Assembly: GCF_032191835.1 (NCBI RefSeq)
Contig: NC_083227.1
Location: forward strand, 139,004,001-139,068,000
Direction of reading: 5' to 3'
Source of the DNA: Heteronotia binoei
Taxonomy: Eukaryota
DNA length: 64,000 nt
The translations under genes were made by a program, and so were the position numbers. A model generated the notes under the pieces. It had not been told where the DNA came from and ran no database searches. It saw only the letters and a list, made by a program, of their open reading frames with translations. Shown here one piece after another: positions 1-14,097 of this stretch; position 1 is the first letter of the stretch; each line of letters starts with the position of its first letter.

Positions 1-3000
1 AATGCTTGGATTTTGTTATAAAATGTCATAATTACATATTAGTCCTAGGGAAAGGTTATACATGTATGCTCGTCACTCAGTAGCTGCAAACTGAAGTGAT
101 GTCTTTGATGTATTGAAACAGTTACAACAGCTTTTAACATCACAGATTAAACTTCTGTATTGCCAAACATCATGTCATGGATGAAGTTCACACATGTAGA
201 GCTTCTTCAGTTATCAGGATCCTGGAGCCACAAAAAGCTCAATAACTTTTTTCCCAATAATGCATATGTGATGAATGGGTGGGTACTTTTTTGAAATTTT
301 AACAGCCGAAATTCTGATTTAAACTGGACTTGCATCAGTTTGGTTTCAGTGATGTTGATGCCATGTTGATTTGTTCTTTTTCATTATCATGTGGGATTTG
401 GATCAGACTGTGAACCTTTAAATTGACTGCTGCTATGATTCTAAACATGTGCTGATTTACCTGCCTGCTGGCATAACTTCGCGGCTTGGTCCATTGTACC
501 TGATTCCATTGGACAAGTTCATACTAACTGGTGTTCATTGCAACAACTTTTTATAATCTGGTGATTAGTGCTGGGACTAACACTTGGATCCTAAATATTC
601 TACCCATCTTCAGTTATGTAACACTATGGTCTGCTGTATGCCATTTGTGTAAGAATGAATATATTCCATCCTATACATTTATTTTCTAGCGCAGGTAGTC
701 TTAGGGTCAATTTAAATTCAAGTCTTTTGGTTTAACTCATTTGTGCCTTCCTAAGCATCCCTCTAACATGTTAAGCCTAAGTGTGTTTACCTAGAAAGAT
801 TATGCCTTTCACAGGATATGGGGAGCTATAAGGATTCATCTCATATAAAATTTAAAAGCCTAAAATTCATCCCTCAGGCCCTTTCCATGTTATCTTTCAT
901 GTAATGTTAACTACCTGCTCAAATATTCTTTAAACACTTAATAATCAATATCAGGAAAAGTAACTTTTAAATTGCTTTCATACCATTCCATGTCACTGAG
1001 TTAATAAGACTTCTAAGTATTTTCCATGTTTAGAAACAGACCAAGTGACAAGGAAGACAGTAATCCATCATGCCAATGATTCCTCACTTTGCCTTGTCAC
1101 AAGAGCATCTTATACTGCTTAACATCTCTAGGTTGCTCCTTTTCCCTCTTGCAAACAACAGGACCCGGTTTATGAACAGCATAGAGAGTCAGTTAGAGGG
1201 GCTATAGTTACTGGTAACTGCCCTACATAGATTCAATAACTCCAATCCTCAAGATATAAAAAGTACAACTGGAAAAAAAAACACTTGTTAATTTAAGACA
1301 AAGGTCATGATCCAGCCAATGCTATGCCCTCTAAAGTCTTTTTAAGTCTAAAAGGAAATGTAAAAAAAATCTAACAAAACTTAATTTCAGTAGGAGTAAT
1401 GTGAGCACATGATTACTTGCACAATGAAAACGGATAATAATAATATATATATATATACATGAAAATGGATTTGGAAATTTTTAACAATGGCTGGATCGTC
1501 TCCAACATGTTCCTACAGACTGCTTTAAAGAATTAAATGTTATTATCCAATGAGCTTCTGCACAGATTAAAACAAAACATTTTTTAAAACATGCCAATTA
1601 TACAGGGATAACATGTTAGTTTAATTTGTGTGCCACTTTTCTCCATTATTTACATCTCTCAGAAATGTGCATTATAAATCATTCTTCCCCAGTATCTCAT
1701 AAACCTTGTTTGGGGAAAAAAGCTTCCATATGATTTCCCATCCAAATATGGAAATTAGAATGTTCACTATCTGCTAGAAAACTACAGCTTGGCATTTGAG
1801 TGCCAATCTAGTTACTGGCCTTAGAGGAAAGGTAGAAAGAAGACACTAAACCAGATCCTCCTCCGTTGTTTTGCACTGATACTACAGAAAAGCTGAGCAA
1901 TAGAAATTGAGATCTTCAGGTATGTAAGAATAAAATGAATCCTGTAATCCAACAGAATGAGGACCTTACAACCTTATCAACATTTGAATATATGGCATAT
2001 AGACGACAATTGCACATGTATATATTTTTAGATATTTGGAAACTTTTCATAGATGCTTATCTGTAGACTCATCACCATTGTGGTTATATTATGTGATATT
2101 TTGTTTTTTTTTTGGAGGTTGCAATTTTTTAAAAAATGAAACTTTTACCAGCTGGGCAACTGACAAAAGATAGAAAAACTGAACACCCCCATTTTTAACC
2201 CACCAGAAATACTATATCAAATATAGCCTTGCAGCCTTTTTTTAACCCAAATTGTTTGGAACACATATTAATAAATTCAGCTTTATATAAAAACTTATTC
2301 ATTCACTTAATCTTTTCTTGCTTTAATTCCTCAGTCAAACAGGGTATTCCAGGAAAAGTATGGGACCTTTGGCCCAATAGTTTTGTAGTCCTTTTACCTT
2401 AGAATTTGCAGTAGGCAAGTTCTATAAGAAAGGAAATGAATGTTTGTCTTCACTGCTCACTGAATTGATATAGCAGCAGCTCTATATAGGTAGGATATTT
2501 TATAGCATACTTATTACGTAGATGATTTCAGAAATGAATGCGGTTCTAGTGAAAGAAGTCCAAATCTGTCTGCTGCTTTAAGAGTGGGACCTTGAACAGC
2601 TAACCCAAATTCTCCCGATGGAGTAATGTGGTACAGCCACATGGGAGAAAAAATATGAACTAGTCCAACCACACCTCCTGGCACTGCTTCCTGGAAGCAA
2701 CACACAAGAGTATGGTAGCATATATTTTAGCTGCCCTGTTACATGAAACTCCATCAGATGGCAGCAGCAGTCATTATGGTCATGAATTACTGCTTCTGCA
2801 GATTGTAGAAGATTTTAAAGTATTTGAACTGGGTGTGTGTCCCAATTGCAAACACAAAATGTCATGGCTATCCATTTGCACTTCTAGTAATACATTTACA
2901 TAACCTCCTGCTTTGAAAAGTGTTTTATTCTCCTATATGCATATCCTTTTAAATCTTTATTTTACACCTATTTCAGAATAGCCAATAACTTAATTTATGC

Positions 3001-4965
3001 CCACATGGGAACATCCAAGCATCACATGAAGTCTTGAGCAAGTGGTTATTTCTGCATTGAAACCCTGAACATTTATTTAGGGGAATTCTGAGATGCTGTG
3101 GGGTTGAAATGGGTCCTAAAAATATAAGAATGGTTCTTCCTAGCCTTTGTAACTCTTATTCAGCAAAAGTTAATTATTAAATGGATGCACCAGAAAGGCA
3201 CCGACTTCTGTTGCCGCATTTAAGAAGCTAAAATGACTAAGAGAAACTTAATGTCAGCTTCTTAAAGCAATGAGCTCACAATGAGGGAATACCTCATGGC
3301 AAAAGCCAGGCATTGTATCACTGCAGTCCAACCATACTATACAGGAACTCTCAAGTTTGTTGCCTTAACATGACAGGAGAGCTGGGCTTCACAGACTTGG
3401 AATCAGGGCTCAAATTTAACTGCACACATCACACATGTGCAAGATCAAAAACAGGCATTAGTGCCTCTGCATTCCCTCCCTCACCTCCACCCTGCTCCAC
3501 ATTTCCTTACTAAAGCTAAATACAGCTGAAGCTTGGGCTTTACTTTATTCAGATGTGCCTATACAGATGAAGCAATCCTGGGAGGTAAAATACTAATAGC
3601 TGGAACTATCAGCAATGTATGAGAGACCTATACAATAACAGTAGGAAAGAAGTCACTGAGGAAGCAATTATCAAAGCTCAGTTATCAAGCGAGGAAAAGA
3701 GCTCCAGTAGGGACATGGGTTAGGTAAGCAATGACAAGCCAAAGTTGTCAGCAGACGCAGCAGCTGATGCCACCATGATGGCTGGGATCAAGGAGCCATG
3801 AAGCCTGATGAAGGAGCTATGCGCTACACTCTAACAGCTAGTAATGCATCCAGCCAGTAAGCTAGCTGTTGAGACTTGGAATCTTTCCTGGTTTTGAAAT
3901 GGTGCAAAACAGGAAGCCCCAATTCTTCTCTTAATATGGTTGGAATGAAATATTAAGAGTACAGCGGTAAATTTATGCAATATCTAGCTGTCATTCAGTA
4001 TTGCAAATATCTGATAGCTGCCACAACACAAATTCCCTAAAGGTAAAACCCACAGTCCTATAAATGCCTTGATAACCCCCAATATCTGTATGTCTAGCAA
4101 TAGAGATATCCTCCTTAAGAAATTCTAAGAATTCAAGGGCTACAAGTTCCTAAAATATTTATCTTAATTACATTTGAGTATTAATCCAGTCTGCCCCATT
4201 AGGTCTAATATAAAGTATGTTTGAAATCAATTTACTTTCATGAATTGATCAATCAAACTAAATTCAATTTATGTTTTGTAGAGCATAACAGCTGCCTCTT
4301 TAAGAACAATCAACATTTTCAGTTTTCAGTTCTAGATCTGGGTTTGATCATTCATCAAAAGGACATTTGAGGTAGACAACTATTCTCTGTCTGATGTCTC
4401 CTGGAAGAGTTCAGTGGCAGTGAGTTCTTGGCCATATATCCACTCAACTGCAACTGGAATGGAAGCCTAGACAAGCACAGGGAAATGTATGAGCATGCAA
4501 TGGCAACTCTGTGAACCAGGGCAAGAACTTCTTATTTCTAAAGAGTTCATAATATTAACCATCCACAGAGACATCTGAAAACCTTCAACATCATATTACT
4601 CAATCACGAGTTCACATGGTGTAATATAAAATAGGCAGATCCAATCTGCTTTACCTTCCCATTTACTAGGGCGTTTCTGTGGGCATTAATAACAAATGTA
4701 AATGTAAAATACTTTGAGTAGAATGTAGAGAGCTTAATGATTGTCCAGTATTTTTTAAGCAATCTTCTAGAGCATCCATTACAATGAGAGGAACTAGAAC
4801 TAGATGATAAAGGAATTACTCAGTGATGGTGTCTTCAGACAACAGAAAGTTCACATGAAAAGGGCAGGTGCGGATTTATTTCAACTGCATCCTTCTGGCT
4901 TTTCACTTTGCAGTATTATTCTAATATCACTAGAGTCCATTATTCTGAAGACCTTTCCAGTGGTG

Positions 4966-5106
4966 TCAGATGGAGATGCTTGAATAAAGCTCTTCTATCT
5001 GTTTCTTGAAGTATTCTCTCAGCTCTGGTCTCCTAGCTTTCAATGTAGGTGTCAACAAGCCATTTTGTACAGAGAACACTTCAGAGTGGATGTAAATAGC
5101 TTTAAC
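4966..5106 (-). CDS. ACSL6: ACSL6 last coding exon VKAIYIHSEVFSVQNGLLTPTLKARRPELREYFKKQIEELYSSISI*
   Basis: tttcAG acceptor, TGA stop at 4968-4966; typical ACSL C-terminus. Confidence 0.95.
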   Translation of the reverse strand, partial: VKAIYIHSEVFSVQNGLLTPTLKARRPELREYFKKQIEELYSSISI

Positions 5107-5763
5107 CTGAAAATAAATAACAAAAAAAAACACGTGTGTTCTTGAAAGCACTGTAATGTTGAACTGAGTGGCATGGCTAAATTATGGTATTCAGACATGC
5201 AATAATCCAAGCATAACACATGGGTTAATGCGCGTTTCTCCTCCTCCTATGAGCCCACTTCTACAAGAATCCCATGCATTCACCTCTCTATCTTAGATTC
5301 AGGCTATATTTTCCCAACATATTGGGTTTTTGACAAGGCCACAGAATGCAACTTTTACTTTTTCTGGGTTTCTCTGCGTTCTCATTCTGCAGGCTGTTTC
5401 TATTCTACACATTAACTTGCCTTCAGTCAGTAGAGAACTCAGGCTCTCTCAACTCTAATTTCCATTGTTTTTTCAATTTAGCTATACTCTCTCATATAAG
5501 AACCCGGAAGAAATAAAATGATCCTTCTTTTCATTTGGTATATAATGACGCACACTCACATATTTTATAAATAGCTCTGAAATTAATTTTTCAACAGCAA
5601 AAGAGTTCTAGAATTATGTCACAGGAAATCCTGAGATCCTCCCACCCTTCAATTATGCATGCTTTGAAACTGCAGAAATAACCAAACAAGAAAATGGTCA
5701 TTTTTTTCACTCATTATAGCTCTAAAGATTGCCAAATATGTTTTAATATTAAAAATGTATATA

Positions 5764-6058
5764 AAAGGTAAAGGTGGTCCCCTGTGCAAGCACTAGTCGT
5801 TTCAAACTCTGGGGTGACGTCACATCACGACGTTTTCATGGCAGACTTTTTACGGGATGGTTTACAATCGCCTTCCCCAGTCATCTACACTTTACCCCCA
5901 GCAAGTTGGGCACTCATTTTACTGACCTTGGAAGGATGGAAGATTGAGTCAACCTTGAGCTGGCTACCTGAACCCAGCTTCTGCCAGGATCAAACTCAGA
6001 TCATGAGCAGAGCTTGGACTGCAGTACTGCAGCTTACCACTCTGCGCTACGGGGCTCC
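5764..6058 (-). mobile_element. Sauria SINE, full length
   Basis: tRNA-like head, (ACCTTT)n BovB-type tail; perfect 14-bp TSD taaaaatgtatata at 5750-5763 and 6059-6072. Confidence 0.9.
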
Positions 6059-6257
6059 TAAAAATGTATATAGCCCCACAATATATACTGGCTGCTCAGA
6101 ATACTTTTTCATATGTGGGGAACACTGATGTAATTCAGAAGAAGGATTTATGTAAGAATTTTTTTCAAAGTATTAATCCCAGAAATACTTTAATGAATTT
6201 GATTTTTGCTAAATACAAAGTCTAGAAATTAGTTTAATATAGACTATCCTTACCTAT

Positions 6258-6400
6258 AGGCTAGCCCAGTCTGATCAGATCTTGGAAGCTAAGCAGGCTC
6301 AGCCCTGGTTAGTACTGGATGAGTGACCACCAAAAAAAGTCCAGGGTTTCTGCACAGAGGCAGACAATAGCAACCCACCTCTGTAAATCTTTTGCCTCGT
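6258..6400 (+). mobile_element. 5S rRNA-derived SINE fragment
   Basis: gatcttggaagctaagcagg...cctggttagtactggatg matches the 5S A/C-box region, followed by a non-5S body. Confidence 0.7.
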
Positions 6401-7772
6401 ATGACTAAAAAGGTTTTGTCCTCAGAAAGGCTTGTGTAATTATTGAGAACACATTTTGATACTATTCTTATTTTGGTTTTCAGAGGTGTCAGGTACCCAT
6501 GCTGCTAACAGTGTCACAGTGGCTTTAATAGCATGAAAAGTAATTTGGAGCTGTGGTAGTCCAAAATCAATAAAATACAGTTAAACTCAAAGCAACCAAT
6601 GTATGGATGTTTCAGATCATGTCACTGAGGAGCATACTATGTCTGATAGGTAGACAGAAGAAACGTATTGTCAGGCTGCAGGCAACAGAAGGCACAGTGA
6701 GAAGGAATGCAGGATCCTTTCTGCTTGCATTGCCAACTGCGTGGAGGGAAAAAAAGACCTGTCCCTTGAATAGAGACTTAGCCCCAACACTAAACAGTAC
6801 AAATCGTAACATGTAGTTTGAGACTTAGGGATTCTGTGGTCTGTGTGGAACATGGATATTACATGTATTTTAAAATATGAGCTTTGGCACAGAGAGTGAT
6901 TTGGCGCATGGTGATTCTGTGACAGAAATTAACATGGCAGATTTATACTTCTGCTCTGAGAGCCAGACTCCACGTACTAAATGTTAAAAATATAAGATAA
7001 GGAGGATATGCTGATGCTTCTTCTTTAGTCCTGTTTCTTTGCCACATCCCATATAACCTGTCAGGGATTTAGACTGATGACTGCCTTGATTAATTCCTGA
7101 TACTCAAGGAACATACAGAAAAGTGCTCCTAAACATGGGAAATGGTTTAAAAACATAATGCAGAGATCAATAGTGACAACACTTTCTACTATGAGTTTCT
7201 ACTTCCCTAACCTCAAGAATAATGCCAAATGAAGTAGTAGATTAACCGATTAATAGGTGGCATCACATAAAGGTTACAGAAAGAACAATCTAGTTTCCCA
7301 GACAGAATTTCAGTTTTGGAAAAGAAGCAAACTACATTATCCAGAATCCTACTTACAAGAGTCTCTAATAAACCTTAATGCATACAAGCATGCTAACAAA
7401 TTTAAGGTATTATTGCAATATTACAGATATACCATTAGTAGTGATTCTTACAATGGCAGAAACACAATGCAACATTATTTGAGACTAGTGGTAAAGCCCG
7501 TTGTAGGAACTATTTGGGAGGAGGGTAATGAATGTGTAGGTGGCAAGAAGAAAGGAAGAATGAAAGAGAGAGAGAGAGACAGAGAAAGAACGGCAGGGAG
7601 AAGAGCAAAGAGTGAGAAAAAGAGAAGTGGAAGGAAGGTAGACAGACAGAGGCTGCAATCACACATGTTAAATAATGAAGTTTCAATCAAGTTGCGAAGC
7701 ACTTTCCATTTGGATTTCATCAGTTCACACAGTAAAATCCAGTTGGAAAGTGCATTGAAAACAGATTGAAAG

Positions 7773-8256
7773 TTGGGTTGCCAATCTCAAATTGGGGACA
7801 GGGCCATGGTTTAGAGGCCTTACCACCATTTCAGGGTCATCAGAAAGCCGGGGGGGGGGGGGAGGAAATGTTTGCTGGGCACTCCATTATTCCCTATGGA
7901 GACTGATTCCCATAAGGTATAATGGAGAACTGTTCCATGGGTATCTGGGGCTCTACAGGAGTTGTTTTTTGAGGTAGAAGCATCAAATTTGCAGCTCAGC
8001 ATCCAGTGCCTCTCCTCAAAACACCCTCCAAGTTTCAAAAAGATTGGACTAGGGGGTCCAGTTCTATGAGCCCAAAAAGAAGGTGCCCTTATCCTTCATT
8101 ATTTCCAATGGAGGGAAAGCATTTTAAAGGTGTGCAGTCCCTTTAAATGTGATGGCCACAACTCCCTTTGGAGTTCAATTATGCTTCTCATAATTTTGCT
8201 CCTGGCTCCACCCCCAAAGTTCCCAGATATTTCTTGACTTGGACCTGGCAACCCTA
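7773..8256. mobile_element. hAT (Tip100-like TIR) MITE
   Basis: TIRs t(t)gggttgcca / tggcaacccta; 8-bp TSD attgaaag / attggaag. Confidence 0.75.
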
Positions 8257-9369
8257 ATTGGAAGTGCATTATTTAGTGTGTGTGATCGCAGCCAGAATGA
8301 AAGAAAAAGACAGAAAGACAGAGATACAGAGAAAGAATGAGAGAAAGAACAGAAGGGAGATAGGAAAAAGAGAAGGGGGAAGAGAAGTGAGAGAGAGAAA
8401 AATGAGAAGACAGAATGAAACAAAAAGACAAAGGCCCTTTCTCCATTCAGCTTTGCTCCAGATCTAGTGAGCACTAAATCCGGCTGCTACAAACTCGCAT
8501 AATTCAAAATGCTTCCACATTTAAAACTTTGCTCCTCACCTTTTGTGGCGTTTTACATCTACATTTGCAAAAGAAGGAAGGAAGTCTGCACGCCTCACCC
8601 CTCCCAGAGGTTGGAGATTAAATTCAGCTGTCTTTTCAAGATTGCCCAGTCATAGGTGGTGGTGGTTTGAAACCCCAGTCAAGTTGCTGCTGTAACACAC
8701 TGGGTGCTTTCAGACTAGCGATCCGGCCCAACCCAGGAACACCTTCCACTCCATTTAAATGACCACGTTCACACAACCACATCTGCCCTCCAGGCCCAAC
8801 ACGTTCTCACCCCATCCTCAGACATCTCTTATTCACCTTTAAAAGCTACCTGGATCTTCCCGGTAGTTCCCCCGTGAACTGGCTGCAGGTTGCATTATCT
8901 CCTGCTGTCTGAAGGCCCCGGTGCGACTCATGAACAGAAGAGTTGTGTGATCGTGCCAAGCCATTTTCAGCACCACCAGGTTCTCCCCTCCCCACCCCAG
9001 GAAGCTCTCTATGAGGTGCGCTTGTGCACTTCCCTGGGTGAGCGCACGCATGGGGGACTTGTTTTAGGAAAACCTCCTTTTCAGCAGCGGTGGGTACTTG
9101 AGCCACGCTAGCGGTCTGAAGATAAAAGCACGGACTGCTGCCAGGATCCTGCCGCTTCAACAGCAGCTGTCTGAGCTCTCTAAAATGGACCTGCCTGAGT
9201 AGGGGGGTTTTGTCTCGGGATACAGACGCATCAGTTTTCCAGTTTGAAACCACCCACAAACTCCCAACCACCCAAAATGGGCTTTGCTTTGGGTCTGGGT
9301 TGAAACTGGGCTTTTATTCCAGGAGGGGGGAGGAGAAGTGGGCAGAGTCACCAGCAACCTGGAGCAGGA

Positions 9370-10440
9370 GAGATATGCTGCCTCAGGCAAAGACCCTGCC
9401 CCCCGCACAGCAGTATGCACATTGCTGCCATACACTGCCTCTTTCTCCTTGCAAGGGAAGCCAAGCTCAGAGGAAAAGAAGGCACCCCATCCGGCTACTC
9501 TTGCATGAAGGCGAGAGCATCCGGGCAGGCCAGGCGTACTCTTCTCCTCTGAGTTTGGAGGAGAAGAGCACAGCCTGCTTGGCTGCTCTCACTTTCAAGG
9601 CGAGAGCAGCTGAGCAGAGTGCATTCTCCTCTGAGGACAGCTTCCCTTGTGAGGGAAGCTGGGCTCAGTGGAGAGTGCAGCAAACACACTGTCCAACCGC
9701 TCTCAGCCGAGTAGCAGGGAAGGGGTGCCACATAAGCGAGGTTCACTGTGCCAGCCATGGGTCCTGCTGCCTCAGGCAAGGACCCCCCACCTCTTATGGC
9801 GGTGCACACATTGCTGCCGCGCACCATTTATTTCGTCTGCCCAGAACCCAGGCAGGTGAAGGGTAAGGTGGGGTACCTCTCTGCCACTCGAAGGCTGTGT
9901 TTGTTTGCAAAGGAAGGCAGCCTCTGAGAGGTGCACATGTCACCACTGCCTCTTTTGTCTGCCCAGGATGCGGGCAGGCCGAGTGCTAGGGCCTTGGGTG
10001 CCTCAGGCCAGCACCTGCCCCGCGTCCTCCCCACGCCTACCCTGCTGCTACACTCCCACTTGTGGGGAGAGCAGGTGTTGTGGCATGGAAGGAGGGCTGG
10101 GAAGGCTCTGGCTGAGCCAGGCCTGTACAGTGCACTCTTGAAGGTGTGAAGCACCTCCAAGAGTGCATTGCGGAGGCATTCTCCTCTGAGTTGCACTCAG
10201 AGAAACCGTGCCAATGCCCTGCCCACCTGCTATCACCTTGAAGGCAAGAGCAGCCGAGCAGGTGTGTTCTCCTCTGAGTTGGGCCTCCCTTCCAAGGAAA
10301 GCCCAGCTCAGAGAAGGTGCACTGATGCCCCACCTGCCTCCTTTTACTTTAAAGGTGAGAGTAGCTGGGCGGGGCGTGTTCTCCTCCAAGGTGGGTTTTC
10401 CTTGCAAGGGAAGCCCTACTCAGAGGAGAGCACATGCCAA
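9370..10440. repeat. GC-rich array of repeated palindromic units
   Basis: Recurrent ctcctctgag...ccttgcaagg...ctcagagga and gctgctctc...gagagcagc hairpins. Confidence 0.7.
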
Positions 10441-11304
10441 CATGCCTCTGAGCAGAGCACCTAGCAACTTTCTGAATCAGTGTTCTCGCAAGCCAATGAT
10501 GAAATTTGGGAATGGACTCTGGGGAGGAGTTTGAAAACAGAGGGAAAGTTCTACAATTATGACCTTAAATTTGGATGTTCAGGAGAACTCCTGTTCAAAA
10601 GTACTCTTGTAAAGTGAGGGGCAACTTCTGAGTGAAACTGTTTTCGATTCCCATTCAACAAACTGAGTGTAGATGACACTGGAAAATGCAAAGCAAGACA
10701 GAAATGAAGACAATATGCAATGTAGATGATCGCTTTAAAATGAGCACTGAGAGAGAATCTTCTGCCAAGTGTAGAAACAGCTGAAGACAGAGAGAGACAA
10801 AGAAAGAATGAGAGGAATGAATAAAGTAAGCGTTATATTAAAGTTTGGGAGAAAGGAATAAAATAAAGGGAAAGGAAGGAAGACAGGGAGACAGAGAAAT
10901 GACAGGAAGACGGGCAGGAAGATAGGCAGCCATTAGAAGCCTGCCTTTCACCACCTCCCACTTGCAGGTGCTGGTGGGAGAGTGAAAAGGAGCCTTCAAA
11001 TGGCTTCCTGCCTCTTAAAGCAAGCAGCCCACTGTAGCCTAATTTGAATAGAAAGAGTGAAGACTATTTGCAGGGCTTGAGTATAGAGAGTATAGAATAT
11101 AGTTTCTCTGGTGCTGAACTTCCCCCTCCCCCCCATCTCATGTGATGGAACATTCCTTTTCTGCCTGTTGAAGAGATTTAACTGTTTTCTGTCAGAGTTT
11201 GCCACATGATATTAGTGCACACTGGATTCAACCACAGACTGTGCTGTAAATGAAGAGGTGGAATATTGTTCCACAAGGAGGTGTTTCTGGCATATTTATA
11301 AATA

Positions 11305-12928
11305 TTTATTTATTATTTATTACTTCCCATTTATATCCCGCCCTCTCCGCAAGCGGACTCAGGGCGGCTTACAACATTATAAAAACAATCAATCCAATAA
11401 AACATATAAAACCATAATTTACATATATTAACTTTAAAACTATTCTATAGCGCTATTTCAGTCCAGTATAGGCAGTATTGACTTCTTGACCAAGATCGCC
11501 AGCATTCTGTAGGATGTCCAGTGGCAGCCTTTTTTCAATCAAACAGCCTGTTTGAACAATTTGGTCTTACAGGCCCTGCGGAACGCAGACAAATCCCACA
11601 GGGCCCTTATAGCTTCTGGGAGGGTGTTCCAAAGTTCTGATGCTGCCACCGAAAAAGCCCTGGATCTCGTTATACATAGCCTGGCTTCTTTTGGGCCAGG
11701 GACAGCCAACAGATTTTTTGTCCCTGATTGCAGTGCTCTCTGGGGGATATATGGGGAAAGGCAGTCCCGTAGATAGGCAGGTCCCTGACCATAGAGGGCT
11801 TTAAAGGTTAATACCAACACCTTGAAGCGAACTCGGAACACAACGGCAACCAGTGCAGCTCTCTCAGCACTGGCTGAATGTGCTCCCGTCGCGGCAGCCC
11901 CATTAACAGCCGTGCCGCAACGTTCTGCACTAGTTGTGGTCTCCGGGTTAGCATCAAGGGTAGCCCCATGTAAAGAGCATTACAGTGATCTATTCTTGAG
12001 GTGACCGTAGCATGGATTACCGTCGCTAAGTCGTTGCGCTCCAGGTAAGGAGCCAGCTGCCGCGCTTGCCGAAGATGAAAGAAGGCAGATCTAACAGTGG
12101 CTGCCACCTGAGCCTCCATTGTAAGGGAGGACTCAAGAAGCACGCCTAAGCTCTTGACCTTAGGGACCGGTATCAGTGGTGCCCTGTCAAGAGCCGGCAG
12201 CTGGATCTCTCTCCCCGGACCACCCCGACCCAGGTAGAGAACCTACGTCTTCGTCGGATTCAATTTCAGCCGACTCAGCCTGAGCCAAGAAGCCACGGCT
12301 TGTAACGCCAGGTCTAGATTTTCCGGGGTACAGTCAGACTGGCCACCCATCAATAGATAGAGCTGGGTGTCATCTGCATATTGATGGCAGCCCAGTCCAT
12401 ACCTCCTGACAATCTGGGCAAGGGGGCGCATATAGATGTTAAATAGCAACGGGGATAGGACCGCTCCCTGCGGCACCCCACAACTAAGAGAGTGCCTCTG
12501 GGATGCTTCCTCTCCTATCACCACCCTTTGTCCCCGATCTTGGAGAAAGGAGGTCAGCCACTGTAAGGCAGATCCCCGAATCCCCACATCGGCGAGGCGG
12601 CTAGTCAGTAGCTGATGGGCAACCGTGTCAACAGCGGCCGACAGATCTAATAATAACAGCACCGCAGAGCCGCCCTGATCCAGATGTTGCATAAGGTCAT
12701 CTATGAGAGCGACCAGAACTGTCTCCGTCCCGTGACCTGGCCTAAAGCCGGACTGGAATGGATCCAGTGCGGAAGTGTCCTCCAGGAATCCCTGCAGCTG
12801 AATCGCCACTGCCCGCTCTATGACCTTACCCAGAAAGGGAAGGTTTGACACCGGCCGATAGTTCGCCAATATGGCCGGGTCTGCTGATGGTTTTTTAAGA
12901 GGGGACGGACCACTGCCTCTTTAAGAAT
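11305..12928 (-). mobile_element. L2-clade LINE, 5'-truncated, with a stop and frameshifts
   Basis: NYRPVSNLPFLGK, DPFQSGFRPGHGTET, GVPQG, YADD, DHCNAL; L2-type 3' end gggcgggatataaat with an (AAAT)n-like tail. Confidence 0.88.
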
Positions 12929-13828
12929 ATATATATATATACCCACACACACACACACACACACCTCACCTCCCGAACAGTAGGGGCGGTGTGTGTGTAC
13001 TGGGTAAGTGCAACTTTGGCAGTGAGTGTTAGTTGGAGGCAGCAAAACAGAGGCAGTGTTGTTGAGGGGGGAAATGGATTGAGGAGGGGCAGTAGTAATC
13101 AGTAAGGCACCAGGAGAACCTCTCAGTAGAGAACTGTCTCGCTCAAAGGTCAGTAGCTTTCTGGCCTGACAGGGCCAGCAGTAGGCGGGTCACAGAGAGG
13201 CTACACAATAACAGGGGGGAGTGGTGACAGACAGAGTGCAAGGCCACTCCTGTAGTAGCCACATCTTCTAATAAAAACTGAGGATCGAGCTAACACGTTC
13301 AGCTTTTATTATATCTATGATTACACAAATCAGGATTTGTTCTGAGTATCTTTGTTGTGTATATGGTGTGTGTGTGTGGGGGGAGAGCATACTACATTTG
13401 TCCATTTCAACCTTTCCCAATTGGACATCTATAGTTCTGTTTCAAAAGTATCTATGTACACTTCAAGAGGAGATTACGCTATGCATGAAGAACAAGAAGA
13501 AAAGCTGTATTTTCCAGGTCAACTGCAAGAATGGTAATTAAGGGCCTGAGCTGACTTCCCAATACTGTTCTCAGCTGGAGTAGAATGGTATTTTAAACAT
13601 TCATCATATTATCTGTCATAATGGAACTTTAATGAACAATACTTTCATACATTTTTAATAGGCACAGGTATTTCAATACACATAAAAAGGTAGCCATCAC
13701 TCTAACCACAAAATGGAATAATGTACAAGGACAATTGTATGATGCATGCTAAAATACCTCCCTATACATCATAAAGAGGTTGTTCAATCTGATTCTAATA
13801 ATCAAAGACACTCATGTTCATGGTTTAC

Positions 13829-13900
13829 CTGTTCAAATGAATAAAGTCCGCTTTCCTTCCCTAACTGCACCATATCTGCCATTATTGCTTTCTTCAGCTC
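13829..13900 (-). CDS. ACSL6: ACSL6 exon ELKKAIMADMVQLGKESGLYSFEQ, 72 nt
   Basis: Manual translation; polyT-cAG acceptor, GTAAAC donor. Confidence 0.92.
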
Positions 13901-14097
13901 CTGAAAAAAAAATACAGGAAGGTTCTATTTACAGTTAGGAAACTATCTTAACCAGCAATAAAACAATACTATTAAAATGAAAATAATTCCATATTTTAGA
14001 AGTGCTCATTGGGACTCCATAGGTAATCAGATATTTAAAATAAGTTTTTAGATAAAATAAAAATGTGCTTGCAAAGTATCAACATAATTGTACTTTT

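Noticed and set aside
1-4965. Neighbouring gene exons or a defined ACSL6 poly(A) site
   Set aside because: AT-rich; the short ORFs (2514-2705, 2712-2903, 3313-3513) have no recognisable homology, and several AATAAA candidates cannot be told apart without RNA data
6258-6335. 5S rRNA gene
   Set aside because: Partial and diverged, lacks the 5' end and terminator, and continues into a SINE body
7257-7769. 170-aa plus-strand ORF
   Set aside because: Runs through a GA-rich low-complexity tract; no recognisable domain or splice support
9210-9866. 218-aa ORF and many overlapping ORFs in the GC-rich array
   Set aside because: Expected in GC-rich repetitive DNA; open in several frames on both strands with no motif
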